Shown here: positions 60,201 through 64,000 of the stretch, piece after piece
Layout: every line of letters begins with the position of its first letter
How positions within the stretch are numbered: the stretch's first letter is position 1
Origin: Monocercomonoides exilis PA203
Taxonomy: Eukaryota; Protista; Preaxostyla
Length of the DNA stretch: 64,000 nt
Assembly: GCA_001643675.2 (NCBI GenBank)
Contig: LSRY02000027.1
Span: 992,001 to 1,056,000, forward strand
Reading direction: 5' to 3'
Translations under genes and position numbers: made by a program
The notes under the pieces: generated by a model
The model's database searches: none
What the model was told of the DNA's origin: nothing
Seen by the model: the letters and a program-made list of their open reading frames with translations, nothing else

Positions 60201-60330
60201 CATGCAACACACGATAGTACTCAAGAACAGAACATTTATCTTTCCAACCAATAATTCCATTGGAATACGAAGAAAAATCAAGAAATTGAAGAGATAAGAT
60301 ATGCGCATCCGAAAGTTTTAAATATTCCAT
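57238..60330 (-). CDS. DUF4708/C18orf63-like protein with a Ser-rich linker and a C-terminal SAP-like motif, 1030 aa
   Basis: VVLPSFAPGRI, YKTLKEYWKLIHMINIP and YYPSCCI recall DUF4708 motifs (from memory, unverified); LSSLSMDQLKAFLRFKEKKLSGKKEELLERA fits the SAP pattern. Confidence 0.65.
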   Translation of the reverse strand: MEYLKLSDAHILSLQFLDFSSYSNGIIGWKDKCSVLEYYRVLHAMQGMYSFAISLPPYIIVFSDCSQSEMEEIFEKSEYFEKCYLNIATKKPSPDIISSCLMSCITGFMIENDWSYLDGLFWHFTPEYSFNEYSARIIDVINLSITTCDNNNCVISIQCCSQKITPFCPLAALHPKRYKRFFEGHPVTLDLDPSNTTSIEARSSIVVLPSFAPGRIEEIRIIPTDNSFCVATAFSNPSKYGRYNSKQNIYREGNDEDNFLRNYKTLKEYWKLIHMINIPSLKARQYRKEEIIREEKSSNPLASLLSKKIKKEDEKPVEINLSQAILCKVALNSASSVSSSSSSFSSFAPSSGHSFSSKYFYYPSCCILQSMPVSVAPKDKTDGLQIFLQTLLKTRTSKGNVIFTSSLSPSSVRLSSPLGNIEANSSFYSHSVQKSSSCVSSPLESKPLESCSVVQTYKTSSQLMTAKELNELSEHSKEPGRSKEKEEEEEEEREKGEEASKGSCLIGLTSSLVIPLDRPIDTSMKNTEDEGKKESLSEIVIDAVSSEYENEAKLIKANISENSTFSPPFSSLSSSPSSSSSSSSSSSSFSSSSSLPKSTSNTSSQVRSTTSSERNTSRSSPPKENHLKKPVFMKRGISSSMKLLTSLSSSASSSSSSSSSSSSSSARSASSATLQKPTFSKKNRSVSSTLSSSVIGSTLRKPLGSFSKLASSRSVHSSSTISSSSSSSSSSSLSSSLLSSKTTTSSSSSSDGVAAVNFSSKASTSSAVQKPKRKKIDLERDDEEAKKAQKLSLKTQSTSASASFSSSLKTKEQSEMELASSDNSHVNHKKCKLIRNDDEEDDEDNGDSKKEGEGERDMKSDNTENGGHGEKKIKMPDSSTEKEQKSGKENVKQVKPKKSKEEIQKEQLRLYNTVDWPGIIEKYKGISRESEEWKRSRVEINEMNKEKKDSPLLPESKDDKKVKNSSSENSSLSMPISPAHPLFLFLSSLSMDQLKAFLRFKEKKLSGKKEELLERAIEWMIEEDLKIKEE

Positions 60331-60721
60331 AAATTATATGGATGAATTTTGCGCATAAATTTGAAGAACATTTACCGGCATTTTTCATATCATACGATGA
60401 AGGGTTGATTATTGATCATATTGTTTTCTTTTCTAATTTCTCTGTTTGATGTTGTTGCAAAAAGAAGAACATTTGCATTATATGTGAAATAAGAATTAAT
60501 CCATTCATGTTTAAACAACAATGGCAATGTCAGAAGAAAATCAAAAAATTTTTTCTTTATTCACTTATAAATTAAAATGAAACATAAAAAAAATTTTTGT
60601 TGGATGTGAATCAATCAATATTGAAAACTTTTTTGCGCAGTGTGAAAAACTTTTCATTCTTTTTGAAAAATTTAATAAGGGTATGTTTTTGAACAAAATA
60701 TTTCAAAATTCAACAGTGTTA

Positions 60722-63700
60722 ATGATAAACACTGTTTCAGCTGGACGCCCCCAGCCACATAGTTACATCTCACCAAGCACACCTGTTTCACTTCATCCTC
60801 CACTTAAGCCTCGGCTACAAACTCCAAATCATTCTTTCGATTCTTATCTATCAGAAACTGAAGTCCAAGAAATTATAAGACAAAAGGAACTTGAACACAA
60901 GATTCAATTAGAAGAGTTAAGACAAAGATATGCAGATGAATTCACCACAGCAATCACTCAATACGAGAATGATTCTGAAACAATGAAAAAACAAATGGAA
61001 GAGCAAAAAGAAATTGCACTCAAAGCAAAACAAGATCTCGATATTCAAATAAATGCATCCAAAAAAATCGAAGCTGAGAAAAAAGATTTTCAACAACTAC
61101 GATTTGAAAACGAGAGTTTACTTAAATCACTTCAAGAATTACAGAAAGAGAAGGAAAAAATTGCTAAAAATCATATGGAAGTTACAAGAACAAACGACGA
61201 ACTTAAAAAGCAGCTTATTGATGAAAAGAAACGAACCAGTACAGATTTAGAAATGGAAACGATGAAGGCTGATGAATGGAAGAGAGCTGAAGATCGGAGA
61301 ATTGCAGCCTTTCTTGAAAATGGGAAAGAAAAGGAAAACATAATTAATGGATTAACTCGCCAATTGGAAATAGAGAAAAAAGAACACAATGAAACAAAAA
61401 AGAAATACAACATTGAAATAGAAAAATTTGAGGGAATGAAAAACCAGCTCTTAGAAAGCTCAAGGCAGAAAGAAAAAGAAATGAATGATAAACTTCAAAA
61501 GTTAACGGAAAAGCTCAAGGAAGAAGAAACCAGAACAGCAAATTTGATGAAGCAAATAAAAATTAAAGACGAAGAAATAAGCGATTTACAAGCAAAAATC
61601 AAAGAAGCAACACAAACAACAACTCAAAATCCGTCTTCTTCGTTTTCTTCCATTTCTTCTATTTCTTCCTCATTTTCTTCGCTTATTCAGCAAAAGGACA
61701 AAGAAATATCGAAGCTGAAAGATCAGATTTCGGAAGAGAAAGAGAAGATTAAGCAGGAATGTGACAGGAAAATCCAAGTGATTCACGAAGAGAATGAAAA
61801 TCGAATGGCAATGTGGAGAAAGCAACTGCATCAGCTGACAACGAAGCAGATGAAGACGACAGAAGAAAGAGAAGAAAAATACAAATTTTTTGTTCGGATG
61901 AAGGAGGAAGAGGTGAAAGAGCAGTTGGAGAAGAAAGAAAGGGAATGGGAAGATAAAATGGAAGCGATGAAGCGAGAAAGAGAAGAAGAAAGAGAGAAAA
62001 TGAAGAAGGAAAGAGAGAGAGAGAAAGAAGAGAAGGAAAAAGAAGCCGAAGAATCAATGGACAGAATGAAAGAGGTTATCAATGAAAAAAACGAAGCAAT
62101 AGAAAAACTGAATAAAAAGATAGAAGAAACACAAGTTTTGCTTCAAGTCTGCAAAGAAAACGAAAAACAGGCAATTTCTGATTTAAACGCGATTATTCTG
62201 AAGCAGAGCAAAGAAATTTCGAGTTTGAAAACAGAAAAAAGCTTTGTTGCTTCAGAAAATGAGAGATTGAAGCAAAAATTGCAAATTTCTGCTTCTTCTT
62301 CTTCTTCTTCTTCTCCAGTTACTTCTTCTTCTTCACTTCGAGAACGCATTTCAAAGCTGGAAACTGAATTGGCAGAGAAGATGAAGAAAGAAAATGAGGC
62401 AAAAATGGAATTTGAAGAGAAATTGAAGCAAAAAGAAGAGGAAATAAAAGACTTGAAGGAAGAATTGAGATTAAGAGAAGAAAAAGATAAAGAAGAAGAA
62501 GAAGAAGAAGTTAAACGAACAATTAAAGAAAGAAAAGAAGAAGGGAAAGAAGAAGAAGAAGACGATGTTGAAGATGAAGAAGCAGAGAAAAAGAAGAAGA
62601 AGAAGAATCAGAAGAAGAATCAAAAGAACGAAAAAGATGAATCAGAAGAAGAAGAAAAAGAGAAAGCAAAAGACAAAGAAAACGAAATATTTACATTTTA
62701 TAAGCAAAATAGCGAAGAATACATAACATTTTTGAAGGCGCAAATTGAAAGTGGAAAGAAGGAAAGAAAGAAAACAGAGAAAGAAATGAAGTTAATCAGC
62801 AAACAGTATGAAAATATATCCTTATTTATTTCTCTTTCTCTTTTCTCTTTCTCTTTTTTCTCTTTTTCTTTTGCCTCTTTTCCTTTTATCTCTTTCTCTT
62901 TTATCTTTTTTTTGTTTCTCTTTTCTCTTTTCTCTATTTCTTTCTTTCTTTCTTTTTTGATATTTCACATTTTATTATTACTAATTATGTACAAATTAAT
63001 AAAAATTTTCCATTTTTTCCATCTTGTTTCAAGATTGGAAGATCTTAAAAAGCAGCAAGCAATTTTTGCTTCTTCAACTCCGAATTCAACAATGCCTTTA
63101 TCTTCCACCTCTTCTTCTTCTTCCTCTTCTTCTTCCTCTTCTTCTTCTTCCAATTCACTTTCAACTCCTCCTCCTTCACAATTTGCCACATCATCTGATT
63201 CATCATCATCATCATCTTCTTCTTCTTCTTCCTCCTCCTCCTCTTTCTCTTCTTCTTCTCCCTCTTCTTCTTCTCCCTCTTTCCTCCCTCTCCCCTTCTC
63301 CGCTCTCCTCCCCATCCTCCAATTAGCCACCGAAATCTACAACTTCTCCCGCTGGTTCTTTTCCTCTGTCCATTCTGCCAACACTCTTTCTTCTCTGACT
63401 GCATATGGCGATGAAAACAGCATTGTCCGTGTGCTTTCCTATCCAAAAGAGCATTTCCCGTGGAGAAGAGAAGGAGAGGGAAATATTGAGGCGTTTCTTG
63501 GAGCTTCTTCGACTTCTTCTTCTTCCTCTTTCTCCTCCTCTTCAACTTTTTATTCAACCCAAACTCCTTCGCTTTTAACTCCACAGCATCCATTTCAGCA
63601 AGAAACAGGGTTTGAACCAAAGCAACTCTCGCCTCGTTCATCTCACATAGCTTCTTCTTCTTCTTCTTCTTCTTCTTCTTCTTCCTCTTCCTCTTCTTCC

Positions 63701-64000
63701 TCTTCCTCTTCTTCCTCCTCCTCTTCTTCTTCTGCCAATTCAACGATTTCTTCGATTTTCTTCTCTTCTTCATTTCATCCAAACACTGCACCGCAAACAA
63801 AACTCATAGAAAATCCAATGTTTGTGCTGAAAAGTGCGATTGTTTCGACTCTGAAGGAAGCAAACAGAATAGAAAAACAATCAACTTCTCAAAAAAACGC
63901 ATTATCTTCCTTTAAAAAAACTTCATTTGGATCTGCTCCTTCTTCTTTATCTTCTTATAATTCTTCTTCTTCTTCTTCAAACATTTATTCCTCCTCCTCC
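60722..64000 (+). CDS. Long coiled-coil plus Ser-rich protein, partial (runs off the window end); probable intron at 62806-63033
   Basis: The frame from ATG 60722 (MINTVSAGRPQPH...EVQEIIRQKELEHKIQLEELRQRY...) appears open to the window edge, which explains its absence from the ORF track; E/K heptad-rich. Confidence 0.75.
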   Translation, partial: MINTVSAGRPQPHSYISPSTPVSLHPPLKPRLQTPNHSFDSYLSETEVQEIIRQKELEHKIQLEELRQRYADEFTTAITQYENDSETMKKQMEEQKEIALKAKQDLDIQINASKKIEAEKKDFQQLRFENESLLKSLQELQKEKEKIAKNHMEVTRTNDELKKQLIDEKKRTSTDLEMETMKADEWKRAEDRRIAAFLENGKEKENIINGLTRQLEIEKKEHNETKKKYNIEIEKFEGMKNQLLESSRQKEKEMNDKLQKLTEKLKEEETRTANLMKQIKIKDEEISDLQAKIKEATQTTTQNPSSSFSSISSISSSFSSLIQQKDKEISKLKDQISEEKEKIKQECDRKIQVIHEENENRMAMWRKQLHQLTTKQMKTTEEREEKYKFFVRMKEEEVKEQLEKKEREWEDKMEAMKREREEEREKMKKEREREKEEKEKEAEESMDRMKEVINEKNEAIEKLNKKIEETQVLLQVCKENEKQAISDLNAIILKQSKEISSLKTEKSFVASENERLKQKLQISASSSSSSSPVTSSSSLRERISKLETELAEKMKKENEAKMEFEEKLKQKEEEIKDLKEELRLREEKDKEEEEEEVKRTIKERKEEGKEEEEDDVEDEEAEKKKKKKNQKKNQKNEKDESEEEEKEKAKDKENEIFTFYKQNSEEYITFLKAQIESGKKERKKTEKEMKLISKQYENISLFISLSLFSFSFFSFSFASFPFISFSFIFFLFLFSLFSISFFLSFLIFHILLLLIMYKLIKIFHFFHLVSRLEDLKKQQAIFASSTPNSTMPLSSTSSSSSSSSSSSSSSNSLSTPPPSQFATSSDSSSSSSSSSSSSSSSFSSSSPSSSSPSFLPLPFSALLPILQLATEIYNFSRWFFSSVHSANTLSSLTAYGDENSIVRVLSYPKEHFPWRREGEGNIEAFLGASSTSSSSSFSSSSTFYSTQTPSLLTPQHPFQQETGFEPKQLSPRSSHIASSSSSSSSSSSSSSSSSSSSSSSSSSSANSTISSIFFSSSFHPNTAPQTKLIENPMFVLKSAIVSTLKEANRIEKQSTSQKNALSSFKKTSFGSAPSSLSSYNSSSSSSNIYSSSS

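Noticed and set aside
1-64000. tRNA, rRNA or other structured ncRNA genes
   Set aside because: None recognised by eye; tRNAscan-SE and Infernal would be needed to exclude them.

Overview
Eukaryotic, AT-rich, intron-containing DNA. The gene families (giant Cys/Gly-rich single-pass surface proteins with pseudokinase tails, a 3-exon E/K/M-rich helical family, poly-Ser/Glu tracts) point to an oxymonad such as Monocercomonoides; this is an inference. The genetic code is standard, since intact genes end in TAA. Intact genes: a 4-exon LRR protein divergent from a 5-exon Lys-tailed protein, an intronless enterobacterial-like MsrA, a triple-repeat type I membrane protein, two convergent family paralogs, a ~3000-aa receptor-like pseudokinase, ATG8 (4 exons), a DUF4708/C18orf63-like SAP-tail protein and a partial coiled-coil gene. 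The rest is mostly DNA transposons and decayed genes. The most notable structure is a 4.1-kb non-autonomous element (11772-15895) whose TIRs are arrays of 19-20-bp palindromes and which encloses a ~3.2-kb decayed fragment of the receptor-pseudokinase family (Pack-like gene capture). Also present: a cluster of GGG-ended long-TIR elements (16896-20418), two related foldback palindromes (835 and 1010 bp) and an intron-containing DD35D pogo element. All coordinates and alignments were read by eye; no database searches were run.
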